64,000 bases of DNA. Origin: Eledone cirrhosa (Eukaryota). The position numbers and the translations under genes are program-made. Positions 23,966-37,912 of the stretch are shown here, piece after piece. The notes below the pieces were generated by a model, which was not told where the DNA came from, did not search any database, and worked only from the letters and a program-made list of their open reading frames with translations. The stretch lies in contig OZ024742.1 of assembly GCA_964016885.1 (NCBI GenBank), positions 244,962,001 to 245,026,000 of the forward strand. Direction: 5' to 3'. Position 1 is the stretch's first letter, and each line of letters begins with the position of its first letter.

Positions 23966-24114
23966 CTGTGCCGGATGTGCTTAAGCACAGGGCCCCGTTG
24001 GCCAGGAGGTGGGGGCTCTTTCTGTCCCCCCCCCCCAAAAAAAAACAATTTTTACGATGAATTACTTCCTTCAGGGCCCAAGTAAGGGGCCTCATTTGTC
24101 CTAATCCGGCACTG
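23966..24114. mobile_element. hAT-type MITE
   Basis: TIRs CTGTGCCGGAT / ATCCGGCACTG; 8-bp TSD CATATCAT / CATATTAT. Confidence 0.75.
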
Positions 24115-25810
24115 CATATTATAAAAAAATTACAGGAATGACTAATCTTATCGCCGCGATATTTTTTTTATCTGTTAGTTAGGAGGGTATGGCAGTACTC
24201 TTGATCCCTTTTGTTGGAGGGTGGGAGGAAAGGAAGAAGGTACTATCAAACCGGAGAGCCAGATGGTGGAGCTAAACTGGGCGACGGATTAAGTCTACTA
24301 CCCAAGTAGGCCACGGCGGAGTTTGAGCTCAAATGCAATGAACCGGAACAATTACCACGAGACGTTTTAAGAATTCTGCCAGTCCACCATACTGATACTT
24401 TATTTATCGACCGCTGAAGGATGGAAGGCAAATTTGACCTCCGCAGGGCATTTCGTTCGACACTCTAACGCTTCTGTCAATTCGCTGTAATTTTATGAAA
24501 AATGGACGTTAATTGCTAGCTTAATCTGTTACTGGATCATGTTTGGTTGGAGCAAAAAAGTGATTATCCCCAAAACTGTAAGAGTTACCAAGATTAAAAA
24601 GTACTTTTTGTGTTGGTTTCTTACAGACACAGTTTGATGTCTAATTTAAATCGTAATAGAGTTTTTGAAGATTTTTTGTAAAAGTAGTGGAATTACTCTA
24701 TCACCCGGTTTAACACCACCACCCGACCCTTGTGTGTTTTTGAACTCAGGATAACTTGATTTCTTGATGTGTTGATCCTCTCTTACTACATTAATACATT
24801 AATCGTATTCTCTTCTTCCCATGGATTTCGGGGACTCTGAAAGGTCATGGACGTTGCCTCTCCTACTACATCAACACATTAATCGCATTCTCTTCTTTCC
24901 ATTCTTCCCATGGATTTTGGGGACTCTGAAAGGTCATGAACGTTGCTTCTCCTACTACATCAGCACAATAGACGTATTCTTTTCTTCCCATTCCTTCCAG
25001 GGTTCTCCGGAACTCTGCAAAGGTGATGAACGTTGCTTTTCAACCTCTGATTAAGTCATAAAAATAAAGTCCGGAATCCGAGGAAATTGGCAAAGGTATG
25101 TATCGACAGCAATAAATCAAAAGAGCCCGTGAAATGTTGAATAAGATCAACTTCTATGTGGAGCAGAAAGTCTAAAGTTCGGAGATCTTGTCCTTCAGCT
25201 CAAAAGATATCTGTTATAAGACAACAGTGTGAAACACTAGATCTTCTCTTCACGACAACTGAGCTTCTTCGACATTCATTTATCTCGCCATAAAAATATA
25301 AATTGGATCGACTTCGGCATAATACTGGTACTTACATTATCGACTTCGAAGAGACGAAAAGTAAGGTCTATGATTTGAACATGTGGGGTTTGGATGACGT
25401 GGAATTCTAACATGTGGGTTTTGAACACAGGAACGGGAATCAAAAGATAAAAAAAAAATGGAAAGCATACAAATCCGACACTTTACTGTTTCTTGCGAAT
25501 GTGGATTGGCAATATCGGTAGAGGGTCTGACGCCATGCTTTGCAGCAAAGAGTTACGGCCCTTGCCATTCTGAGTTCAAATCCCGCCGAGGTTAACTTTG
25601 CCTTTCATCCTTACGGGGTTGATAAAATAAAGTACCAGTAATGCACTGGGTAATTGCTGGCCTTGTGCCTAAAGTAGAAACAATTATTACATAAAATATC
25701 TTCATGAATAATTAACAATAACGAACCCGTGCTTCACTACCGCCATCAGCAGCAACAGTAGTTGATTCATCCTTGTTGCCAACACATCTTCCGCAATGTT
25801 CTTCATCAAA

Positions 25811-26658
25811 ATCATCGCCACCACCACCATCATCATCGCCGCCACCACCATCATCATCATCGCCACCATCATCATCGCCACCATCATCATCGTCGCCACC
25901 ATCATCATCGTCACCACCATCATCGTCACCACCATCATCATCATCATCGCCACCACCATCATCATCGCCGCCACCATCATCATCATCGCCACCATCATCA
26001 TCATCATCGCCGCCACCATCATCATCGCCACCATCATCATCGCCGCCATCATCATCGTCATCGCCACCATCATCGCCACCGCCACCATCATCGCCACCAC
26101 CACCATCATCGCCACCACCACCATCATCATCGTCGCCACCATCATCACCATCGCCACCATCATCATCGCCGCCATCATCATCATCGCCACCATCATCATC
26201 ATCATCATCATCGCCACCATCATCGTCATCGCCATCGCCACCATCATCGTCATCGTCACCATCATCATCGTCACCATCATCGCCACCACCACCATCATCA
26301 TCGCCACCACCACCATCATCACCATCGCCACCATCATCATCACCATTGCCACCACCATCACCATCACCATCGCCACCATCGCCACCATCACCATCGCCAC
26401 CATCACCATCGCCACCATCACCATCGCCACCATCACCATCGCCATCACCATCGCCACCATCATCGCCATCGCCACCATCATCGTCATCGCCACCATCATC
26501 ATCGTCACCATCATCGCCACCACCACCATCATCACCATCGCCACCATCATCATCACCATCGCTACCACCACCATCATCACCATCACCATCGCCACCGCCA
26601 CCATCACCATCGCCACCACCATCACCATCGCCACCATCACCATCGGTATCATCGCCAC
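25811..26658. repeat. Compound trinucleotide repeat (CAT/CAC/CGC/CGT)n
   Basis: About 850 bp of in-phase triplets; followed by (CTA)n near 26750-26822. Confidence 0.95.
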
Positions 26659-26771
26659 AAACACTTTTTGATAACTCTTTTACTAGACATCATGTTTTGT
26701 ATTAACAGACAATAACAAGTCTGCTAATATCGTTTCGCCGCCGCCGCAACTACTACTACTACTACTACTAT

Positions 26772-26822
<51 letters not shown>

Positions 26823-27209
26823 CATCTTTGCTGCTGGCAGAGTTAAGGGATGTAATTGCCAGCACTAGCAGAACACAAACAGTGATGTGATGGAAAAGTA
26901 AGAAAGTAGGCTGAACTGATGGAAGCAAAAAGAGGGGAAGTGTCTGAGCAGACATGCAGGAGATCATCACACAACATATGCACCCATTTACTCTCTGGTT
27001 TAGTACTTCCACTTGCTGACATATTATATAAGTCATGCATCATATATTTCTGCCCACACCTACTGACATCGCCCCTAAGCATGCGTGCACCGCTTTATCT
27101 TCACCACGTCTATATAATTGCCTCTCTGTGTTTGGGCGTCCGTGCGTGGGTTCACGTGCACGTATGTTTGGCTTATTTCAACTCTGTTGTGTCGCTACAA
27201 GACACGATC

Positions 27210-27592
27210 TCTCACTCACCCACCCTCCCCCTCTCTTTCACTCACTCACTCACCCCATCCCCCTTCTCCCCCCTCTCCCCTTCTCTCACTCACCCCTCTC
27301 CCCTTCTCACCCACCCCCCTTCTTACCCCCCTTCTCCCCCTTCTTCCCCCTTCTTCCCCCTCTTCTCCCCCTCTTATCCCTCTTCTCCCCTTCTTCCCCC
27401 TCTTCCCCCTCTTCTCCCCCTTCACCCCCTCCCCCTCTCCCACCCCCTTCTCCCCCTCACCTCTCCCCCTTCACCCCTTCACCCCTCTCCCATCCCCATT
27501 CCCCCCTTCACCCCTCTCCCATCCCCATTCTCCCCCTTCTCCCCCTTCCCCCTTCTCCCCTTCACCTCTCCTTCTTCCCCTCCCCTTCTTTC
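27210..27592. repeat. C/T-rich low-complexity tract (G-runs on minus)
   Basis: Repeated TTCTCCCC/TTCACCCC-like units. Confidence 0.9.
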
Positions 27593-27649
27593 TCACTCAA
27601 TCTCAATCAGTCTCGTCCTACCAAAGTCATTCTTCCGAGATCGATAAAA

Positions 27650-28975
27650 TATAGACCCTTCGGAAGAACTTCATTTCAGCCGTTTGTACTGACGATCGTA
27701 CTCTTTTGGTCATTACCCAAGATCATAGGTATGGGTTGGCACGAATACCGAAAAGATGGCAAGTTTGGCTTTTACGCCCACCTCCCTTCTTCTGATTACC
27801 GAATGCTGAAGCTGGCGCTTAATCCAGTCTCCTGCCTTCTGTCACTCGCGAACACAGCCCCGAGATACTTGAACTTCTCCACCTGCTTCAGTGGACCGCC
27901 ATTTACATGTCGAGTGCACTACGTAGGGTCCTTGAGATGATGAATGCCTAAGTTTTCGTAGCTCAGATTTCCATTCCATCCATGCAGCACTCTACATCAA
28001 ACCTATCAAGTGCAAGCCGGAGATCACGTTCTATCGAGTTAAGTAACACCATGTCGTCTGCAAATTCCAGCCGACTGATTTTACACATGCCAGTTGTGCT
28101 ACCATTTCCAATTCGGCTGCGCATGTCAAACCTGTTCGGGAGAGGTGATAGACTCCGCTAAGTGTGTGTACTAACTCCCAAATCGAATGGTTTCGATTTA
28201 ACACCATTTATCCGAACACAAATACTCTGGCATTCGTATAGAGACATCAGGGCAACACGAAGCTGACCAACGATCCCGTACTCATGCAGAACCCCCCACA
28301 GCAGTTCGCGAAGAACGCGATCGTATGCCTTTTCGATGTCTACAAAACAAGAATATTCCTCTTGGCAATATTCCCACTCGGCGGATGGTCTGCCAAGAGA
28401 CATTATTCGCTGATCTGAAGTCGGATTCCAGCTTAACCCCAAAGTCCACCGATGCTTAACTTTGGAAGCCTTTACTGTCTCTGCTGCAATTATTTGTGCC
28501 TGCTTGTACTGCAAGTGCAAGGAGAAGGACTCATTTCCAAGCCAAGCTATGTAAGCCTCCTACTTTGTTCAGATGACCCCTTAATTGAACCAAGGTGTCC
28601 TCCTGCCACCTAGCACCACACGAACCCTCTTTCGCCCGCAGCATTTAACAGCAGAAGCAGAAACTGCTGAGCTGAACAGTCTCCACTCTGTCTCAACATC
28701 CTCAGTTTACTCAGGAAGTTTTCTGAATTTGGATGCAATAGTATTTGTATATTTGGTCCTGACTTCCTTATCCACCAATGTTTTCCACTTTATCCTGTAG
28801 GTCACCCTTAACCTGCCAGTTTTGGGGGCTTTTTTTGGCTTTAGGTAGTCTGAAGTTGCAGATAATTAGATGATCGGTTGACAGCTCAGCCCCTCTCTTA
28901 ACACGAACATCCAGCATAGAAGACATCAGAGACAATAATAAAATCAGTTATTGATCACTGTCCCTGATTACTCTT
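27650..28975 (-). mobile_element. Degraded RTE-like LINE fragment
   Basis: FVDIEKAYDRV..LWGVLHEYGI; ADD and YLG motifs; homologous to 49892-51265. Confidence 0.75.
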
Positions 28976-29324
28976 ATACCACTGTCCACATACCGCTGCC
29001 CCTCTGTAGGACGCTAACCACGTTATAATTCTCTTCTTCGAAATTATCGCTGGTAGCGGATAACTCAGTTGAATCCTTTCTTGTTTGAAAATGTTTCCTG
29101 GCGATTTGAGATTTTTACAGCACCAAATGCTGACTTTGCTCAATGAAACTACAGTAGGGCCGCACTAAGTAAATAGGTAAATATTTCTGTATTTTATTTG
29201 TGTTTCCCAAATATAATTTATATTATGCTCTGAATAATTAATTCTTATTAATTTTTTCAATGAGCAAAATTAGTATCTGTTGAACTTCCTCATATGTATG
29301 TCTATTCTTGTGTATATATGTCAT

Positions 29325-29645
29325 CATGGAAGGAATTGACCAAGTTGATGAAGTGTTGGGGACAACCCAGCTTTCCCAAAACAACCTAGAGCGCTTCCCT
29401 GTTGACCGTATCAAATGCCTTTATGAGATCGAAAAAAACTGGATATAAACACTGGACCTGTTCTACACTATTTTTTGGATTTGGTGCGCTGTAAATACTA
29501 TGTCCATGGTTCCTCTGTTTATTCGAAAGCCACACTGCGATTCTGGCAAAACCCTGACAGAGATATGGGAGTTCAGTCTGGACAGGATTATACTAGACAA
29601 AATCTTTCTGGCTGTGCATAAAAGAGTTATGTTTCTGTAGCTTCG
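29325..29645 (-). mobile_element. RTE-like LINE RT fragment
   Basis: SYRNITLL..LPESQCGFR..GTMDIVFT..FFDLIKAFDTV. Confidence 0.75.
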
Positions 29646-30879
29646 CATGCATACATGCATACATACATGCATACATACATACAGTTTAATGGCTCTTCTG
29701 CAGGACAAAGCTGCATTCTTTATATTTGTCTCAGAGATAGCTGATCCATCATCCACTAACCCTCCCTGTGGTTCTAAACAACAGAGTCATAATGACCAGA
29801 CTGCTCCTTGACAGAGTAATTAGGGGCTCTAACTCTAGTGCTGTTAAATCGACTCTCCATGGTTCTTTTCAGTGGCTGACAATACCTTACCGGCGCCACT
29901 CGAATAAGGTAATTATTTAACCCATAAATGGGACCCTAACAGGTACTACTACTCCGGGCCAGAGCAGACCTGGGAGTTATGACAACTAAGGGGTAACTCC
30001 ACATTCCCCACAGCTCCTGAACTCCCGAACTGAAGCCTTGCCAATGTATGTAGTTTAATGTCATACCTGAACAGTCCTCACATTCAGAGTACCGAAATGA
30101 CTCGTCCATGGATCTCGGGAATTTTACCCGCCCTAGATAGATAGATAGATACATATGCATATACGACGAACTTCCGCCCAGTTCCTATCTACCATTCCAC
30201 TCACAAGTTATCGATCAACTTGAGGCTATGGTAGAAGACATTTACTTATGATGTTTGTTGAAACAAACCCAGGATCACGTAGCTGCAGTGCGAACTTCGT
30301 AACCACACAGATAAGTAGTTAAAAAGAAAACTCCAACTATCAGCCGGAAACTCGTTCTTTTTGTTTTTTGAATTCCATTCCAATATATTGTCTAGACTGT
30401 GCTATTCCGCTTACTTACCTTCGACACTACAACGCTGGCTCATTTGTTTTTACAATTAAGCTTGAACCGCTAACTTTCTTCCTTATATTTGAAACTAACT
30501 CACTTTGGATTACAATTGATTTGCCAGATGGAAATTGCAGTTCTTCTTTACTTCCTCACGATCCTCTTCTTTATTGAAAAAAAAACCTTCTCTGTGTGCT
30601 TCATGTTCCTCACATCTACCCACTATCGCCATCACCACCACCACCACCAACACCACCACCAACACCACCCACGATCTGACGTGCTTCAAATCTGCTATTA
30701 GCATATGAAACTTCCTTCATCCACTGAAAACTTTCCGGTCATTAAAACTCATTATTTCATTTCTTGCAACACGAACGAGATACCTAATTGTAATGAGTGT
30801 GGTAGTATTGGCGATAGTGGAGGCTGCGGTGATTGTGATGTTGGGGTCAGAACTGGCTCCAGGGCAATTAGCACCCGCG

Positions 30880-31660
30880 GCTAGCTCTACAACGCGCACC
30901 TGGTTATTTATCACCCAATGCTAGCTCTACAACGCGCACCTGGTTATTTATCACCCAATGTTAGCTCTACAATGCGCACCTGGTTATTTATCACCCAATG
31001 CTAGCTCTACAACGCGCACCTGGTTATTTATCACCCAATGTTAGCTCTACAATGCGCACCTGGTTATTTATCACCCAATGCTAGCTCTACAATGCGCACC
31101 TGGTTATTTATCACCCAATGCTAGCTCTACAATGTGCACCTGGTTATTTATCACCCAATGCTAGCTCTACAATGTGCACCTGGTTATTTATCACCCAATG
31201 CTAGTTCTACAATGCGCACCTGGTTATTTATCACCCAATGCTAGCTCTACAACGCACACCTGGTTATTTATCACCCAATGCTAGCTCTACAACGCGCACC
31301 TGGTTATTTATCACCCAATGCTAGCTCTACAACGCGCACCTGGTTATTTATCACCCAATGTTAGCTCTACAACGCGCACCTGGTTATTTATCACCCAATG
31401 CTAGCTCTACAATGCGCACCTGGTTATTTATCCCCTAAAGCTAGCTCTACAATGTGCACCTGGTTATTTATCACCAATGCTAGCTCTACAATGCGCACCT
31501 GGTTATTTATCACCAATGCTAGCTCTACAATGCGCACCTGGTTATTTATCACCTATGGCCAGCTCTAAAGTATTCTCCCGTGTAGTTTTTATCCGGGGCT
31601 ATCTCTACAATGTACTTCTGAGTATTTAGCAACCAAGGCTAGCTTTACAATGTGTACCTT
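30880..31660. repeat. 40-bp minisatellite, about 17 good units plus a decayed tail
   Basis: Unit GCTAGCTCTACAAYGCGCACCTGGTTATTTATCACCCAAT. Confidence 0.95.
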
Positions 31661-33285
31661 CTCCCAATGATGTACCCCATTCTCACAAATATAAATTTTC
31701 AACTCACAGTTTGGCAAGCTGACTAACCTATGTTTTAACATATTTTGCTCTGACTACACTAAGAAAATTACTCAGCCTACATCTTCCGCTACACAGTCCA
31801 CACTCACCTACACCCAATCTCATGACAGGTCATAACCCCATAAGACCAGCTCCACCGCTTTTGATATTTCTACAACGCTGCTACGTGGCAAATATATTTC
31901 ACGATATGTTTATTGATCGTAGGAAATTATTATATATTTAATTTAATTATATAAATTTGTATAAAAATGTGATCCTTTAAGGTTCCGTAATGTGCCCCTC
32001 TGTGGTCAGAGACTCTTGACGACTGCTTAGTTGGGTTTAATGATAGCACCGGCCTTGGGTGCGAGGGTGAATGATACAGTTTCGGGTATTGTATTAATTT
32101 TGATGATTAAAAGTTGGGTTACAAATAAATAATGATTTCTAGTATAGGCACATGGCCACTAATTTGGGGGGAGGGGAAAGTCGATTAAATCGACCCCAGT
32201 ACGTTACTGGTACTTTATTTTATCGACTTCGTAAGGATGAAAGGCAAAGTTAACTTCGGCGGGATTTGAACTCAGACCGTAAAGGGCCGTAACTCTATTC
32301 CAATCCACCGCCCTGGTTACAAACAAATAATATCTCTCTCTAATCTGGCCGAGTTTACACTCGCAAATAAGAAGAACCAGGGCCGCCCCTAGGAACATTG
32401 GATTTGATGTACTGCATATTTGTTTCGGTTGCTGAATACAATCAGGGGTCACTGCTTCTCCTGAAGGTCAATAGTTCTCTTCTAACTGGAGCGGGAGCGC
32501 CTGCCCATTGTCAATTTGCATTGATCATCTGCAAAGCCGCATTGTTCTCAGAACCACTACACCAGTCTTTCGATGCGTGCAGCTGGAACTACTGCCACCT
32601 AAATAAAAGTAACAAGAATATTTGTGGTTTGCTATGATATTGTTGCTACAATTCGATGTATGACAATATGATGGTGGAAACTCAACTCTCGCTTTCTATA
32701 GAGGATTAGTAAAGACTATGAGCATCATAGGTTCCCCGAGAGCGGTGGATTGACCATATCAGTATAGTGTCGGAAAATATGCCTTGTGGTATTTAGTTAC
32801 CACTTTCTACACCCAGAGTTCTAATTTCGCTGTGGTTAACTTTGCTTTTTATCCTTACGGGGTAGATGAAACAAAGTACCTGTAATGCACTGTTGAGCTG
32901 GCCTTGTGCCAAAATTAAAAATAATTATTTTTATTGTTCTAAATGTTATTGCTATTGTTTCTTTTAGATGTGTCTCACTTCGGCTTTTTGTAAGTTTCTT
33001 GTAAGAGGGTGGTAAATTGGCAGTAATCGGTAGAGCGTCGGACAACATGCTTTGTGGTATATAGTTACGTCCCTTTACGTTCCAGGAGGGTCGATAAAAT
33101 AAAATCTCAGTCTATTTAATCGACCCCCCCACCCAAAAAAAAAATGTTTTGGCCTTGTGCCTAAATCAGAAACCATTATTATTCTGAAGGCATGCGGCTT
33201 AGTTGTTAGGGAATTAGATTCGCAATCGTGAGGTTGCGAATACGATTCTCGGACGTGGCAGTGCATTATCCTTGAAAAAATCACA

Positions 33286-35325
33286 TCATTTCACATGGCT
33301 CCTTCTGCTTCATTTCACATTGTTCCTTCTGTTTCATTTCACATTGCTCCTTCTGCCTCATATCACGTTGCCCCTTCTGCTTCATTTCACATTTCTCCTT
33401 CTGCCTCATTTCACATTGCTCCTTCTGCTTCATTTCACATTTCTCCTTCTGCTCCATTTCACATTTCTCCTTCTGCTTCATTTCACATTGCTCCTTCTGC
33501 CTCATATCACATGGCTCCTTCTGCTTCATTTCACATTTCTCCTTCTGCTTCATTTCACATTGCTCCTTCTGCCTCATTTCACATTTCTCCTTCTGCCTCA
33601 TTTCACATTGCTCCTTCTGCTTCATTTCACATTGCTCCTTCTGCCTCATATCACATTTCTCCTTCTGCCTCATATCACATTTCTCCTTCTGCTTCATTTC
33701 ACATTTCTCCTTCTGCTTCATTTCACGTTGCTCCTTCTGCTTCATTTCACATATCTCCTTCTGCTTCAATTCACATTTCTCCTTCTGCCTCATTTCACAT
33801 TGCTCCTTCTGCCTCATTTCACATTGCTCCTTCTGCCTCATTTCACATTGCTCCTTCTGCTTCATTTCACATTGCTCCTTCTGCCTAATTTCACATTTCT
33901 CCTTCTGCCTCATATCACATTGCTCCTTCTGCATCATTTCACATCGCTCCTTCTGCTTCATTTCACATTTCTCCTTCTGCTTCATTTCACATTTCTCCCT
34001 CTGTTTCATTTCACATTGCTCCTTCTGCCTCATTTCACATTTCTCCTTCTGCGTCATTTCACATTGCTCCTTCTGCCTCATTTCACATTGCTCCTTCTGC
34101 CTCATTTCACATTGCTCCTTCTGCCTCATTTCACATTTCTCCTTCTGCCTCATATCACATGGCTCCTTCTGCTTCATTTCACATTTCTCCTTCTGCTTCA
34201 TTTCACATTGCTCCTTCTGCCTCATTTCACATTTCTCCTTCTGCCTCATTTCACATTTCTCCTTCTGCCTCATTTCACATTGCTCCTTCTGCCTCATATC
34301 ACATTTCTCCTTCTGCCTCATATCACATTTCTCCTTCTGCTTCATTTCACATTTCTCCTTCTGCTTCATTTCACGTTGCTCCTTCTGCTTCATTTCACAT
34401 TTCTCCTTCTGCTTCAATTCACATTTCTCCTTCTGCCTCATTTCACATTGCTCCTTCTGCCTCATTTCACATTGCTCCTTCTGCCTCATTTCACATTGCT
34501 CCTTCTGCTTCATTTCACATTGCTCCTTCTGCCTAATTTCGCATTTCTCCTTCTGCCTCATATCACATTGCTCCTTCTGCCTCATTTCACATCGCTCCTT
34601 CTGCTTCATTTCACATTTCTCCTTCTGCTTCATTTCACATTTCTCCCTCTGCTTCATTTCACATTGCTCCTTCTGCCTCATTTCACATTTCTCCTTCTGC
34701 CTCATTTCACATTGCTCCTTCTGCCTCATTTCACATTGCTCCTTCTGCCTCATTTCACATTGCTCCTTCTGCCTCATTTCACATTTCTCCTTCTGCCTCA
34801 TATCACATGGCTCCTTCTGCTTCATTTCACATTTCTCCTTCTGCTTCATTTCACATTGCTCCTTCTGCCTCATTTCACATTTCTCCTTCTGCCTCATTTC
34901 ACGTTTCTCCTTCTGCCTCATTTCACATTTCTCCTTCTGCCTCATTTCACATTGCTCCTTCTGCCTCATATCACATTGCTCCTTCTGCCTCATATCACAT
35001 TTCTCCTTCTGCCTCATTTCACATTGCTCCTTCTGCCCCATATCACATTTCTCCTTCTGCTTCATTTCACATTGCTCCTTCTGCCTCATTTCACATTTCT
35101 CCTTCTGCCCCATTTCACATTGCTCCTTCTGCCTCATATCACGTTGCTCCTTCTGCCCCATTTCACATTGCTCCTTCTGCTTCATTTCACATTGCTCCTT
35201 CTGCCTCATATCACATTTCTCCTTCTGCCTAATTTCACATTTCTCCTTCTGCCTCATTTCACATTTCTCCTTCTGCTTCATTTCACATTTCTCCTTCTGC
35301 CTCATTTCACATTGCTCCTTTTGCT
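33286..35325. repeat. 24-bp minisatellite, about 85 units
   Basis: Unit CATTTCACATTKCTCCTTCTGCYT. Confidence 0.95.
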
Positions 35326-37450
35326 AGGAAAGCCCAATGAAAACATTGTTTCCTTGGTCCGATTTGACAAGTTCCAACCCACTCTGTAAGCGAATGAGGT
35401 CTGTGATCTTGTCGATCAATTCGATCGATCTTGTTTTAATTGTTTAAAACACACACATTGTTGCAGTCTCTTATTAATAGGCATCCTATTTCACACACAG
35501 GGCAGCCTATATTTTGAGTCCTGTGGGTAGAAATTCAAAATACATTTCTAGACTGTTAGTTGCAGGAAACTTTGGTGACGCTATATAGCGTCACCACCTT
35601 CTACTCCCCCTTCCTACTCATGTCACGATCATGATACAAGACAGCAACATCAGCAGCAATAGATATGAAGCTACTGTAGAGTGTCACGTTACTTTTCCTG
35701 CCTAAACAACAGCTAACCAGACCAGAACAACATTACACCACCACAGTAAAAGCTAATGCTGCCAATAAGATTAGCAGCAGCGGCAAAAGCACCGGCGCCA
35801 ATTGAACTCTGAGCCCAATTGACAACATATTTTCTTTGAGTTACAAACAGAACTGTAATACTCCCCCCCCCCCCCCCGTTGCAGCAAAAGAAGCAGGACT
35901 CTCAAAGATCTTCCTGTTCAGCAAGAACTCATGTTTGACACAGGTGGTCAAATTAGTGAAAGTGGATAGGAGAAGGGTCCAATTAGCTATCCCATCAGAG
36001 GTGTTGGTAGCAACTGCGGGAAGAACGGTACTATATCATTGCATTTCGGTAAAAGCTTGACATCTAGAAGCAACAACACTGGTCCAAATTGTGAGGTCAT
36101 TAAAAAAATATGACCCGACGTTGAATTCGTCGCAGCGGCAAGAAGGTTTGAGGGCGTGGAAGAGTTTTTTCCGAAGCGTGGCCCTCACGATAAAACATTC
36201 TGCAGTCCCCTGTCGCAACAACGATTACATGCTTTCCTATAATATTTAGGGGGGAAAAACGGTAAGGATCAGGTTTTCGAGTGTCATTTATTTATGATGT
36301 GATGCCAACCACAAAAACGGGGGGCCGTAACATCCTCCGGCAGTAGTAGTAGTAGTAGTAGTTGTTGTTGTTAATGGGCCCTTTTAGAGCTGCATGAGCT
36401 TTGAAGAATTTCTAGATTACTTTCAGAATTGTTTCTGCATTCTGTCCTGTAGACTTGTTTTATAGAAGGGTGAAAAGTTTTACTCCTGTTTGGGGAATCT
36501 TGGTCGATGTATGGAACAAAATGGTTTCGAATAGCTTGTGGATGGCATATGGAAGTGTGTCTCGTTTTCAATACTAGAGACGAAGGAAAAAAAGCAGGTC
36601 AAGCTGGTGTTACAAACCTGCCCATACAATGGGGCCACAATGCATGCGATGACGATGTAATGTGAAGGTCATAGCAAAACATATTGCTGATGACCTTGAT
36701 TCGGTGTCACATTTGTGACACAGTACAGGCAGGTGGTGATACAGAGGTGATACACAACAACTGGTGATGTGAACCAACCCGTTGGAGACCTTTAACCAAT
36801 GCCACTATTGTTTATCAAATTCGATATAAAATAAACTAAGTAACCCCACATTGTTTATTCACACGAGTTTTTCTCGCAGGACATTTCCAACCAAGTGGAA
36901 TACTTTCCTTGTGATATACGTATAAACATAAATGGAAATAAATCTGTATCTGAATTCTCGAAGTATCCACGTATTTTGTTATTCAACATCATTAGCAACT
37001 TTATGGAATCAACTGTCCACAAACAAGAACACGAACAGACAGACAATTGCGATTCCGATCAAATTAGAATGTAGCAGATTACACTCCTTTTGTCAAACCT
37101 CAGGATAACAGATGAGCTTGTGGTATTGTCTGGCTCAAACGACTGTACGAAGAAAGGAACGGTTGCGATCAAGTTGTAAATTCAACTAAAAATCAAAGTG
37201 GATACGGAATAAGCTGTTTACATGGAGCTACCGTAATCAGACATGCATTAACGTCACGTTATTTTTATAGGTCAATTCTCTGATCTCATCCACCAGTCAC
37301 ACTAGAATCAATACTTTACTTACTTGTGTTCTTGTCAATGCATATAAAAACAAGCTGATGACTCAACGTTATTTGCACGCGCAACTCTCTTCAATTGATG
37401 TTTCACGCCAATCATTAGAAAATGGACATTTTTTTCTGACCTGTTCTACA

Positions 37451-37485
<35 letters not shown>

Positions 37486-37530
37486 GCACACACACACCAC
37501 TGATACATGCACCACACACAGACACACACA

Positions 37531-37728
37531 CGAGGGTCGGCTGAAATGTTCATAGACTGACCAAGATACTCTCATGGAATGATCAAATGAGGTTTAATTT
37601 TCAGCATATTCTTTGGAAAAAAACAACAATGCAGTTATTAATAAGAGTTGAAATTAATGCATGCAAGATTTCACATATCTAACATCACTCCTTCATAGTC
37701 AGCTTATGGATTTTTCAGCCCACCCTCG
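37531..37728. mobile_element. Mariner-type MITE
   Basis: TIRs CGAGGGTCGGCTGAAA / TTTCAGCCCACCCTCG; TA on the right, CA on the left. Confidence 0.75.
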
Positions 37729-37762
37729 TATATGATGTACTCAATACCGAAGTAGAGTTTTA

Positions 37763-37912
37763 ATATTCATTTTATTAAGGCTAAATAGTGAGTTTTGTTA
37801 CTCTGGAGATTCGCCTGTTTATCACAGGGTCATCTTGTCTGATAACCCTGCGATAAACAAGCGAAACTCCAGAGTAACAAGACTCACTATTTAGCCTTAA
37901 TAAAATGAATAT
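37763..37912. repeat. Short fold-back element made mostly of a hammerhead motif and its mirror
   Basis: Arms 37763-37834 / 37841-37912. Confidence 0.85.
37834..37881 (+). ncRNA. Type-I hammerhead ribozyme motif (G8A in this arm; the mirror arm has GATGA)
   Basis: CTTGT-CTGATAA-CCCTGCGATAAACAAGC-GAAA-CTC(CA)GAG-TA-ACAAG; perfect stem I; the mirror arm restores stem II CCTGT/ACAGG. Confidence 0.7.

Noticed and set aside
25702-26715. Long poly-His, Pro/Ser, Ile/Thr and Met/Val ORFs
   Set aside because: Open frames are a by-product of a stop-free trinucleotide repeat; no flanking coding context.
26919-27940. Pro/Ser/Leu-rich ORFs
   Set aside because: Derived from a C/T low-complexity tract plus the antisense strand of a LINE fragment.
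30880-31560. CRISPR-like regular repeat
   Set aside because: Head-to-tail units with no unique spacers, no cas genes, eukaryotic context.
32330-32600. GC-richer segment with a minus-strand acceptor-like site
   Set aside because: All three frames close within about 25 codons of the acceptor; no recognisable protein.
33272-35389. 705-aa and 674-aa repetitive ORFs
   Set aside because: Translations of a 24-bp minisatellite that lies inside a SINE.
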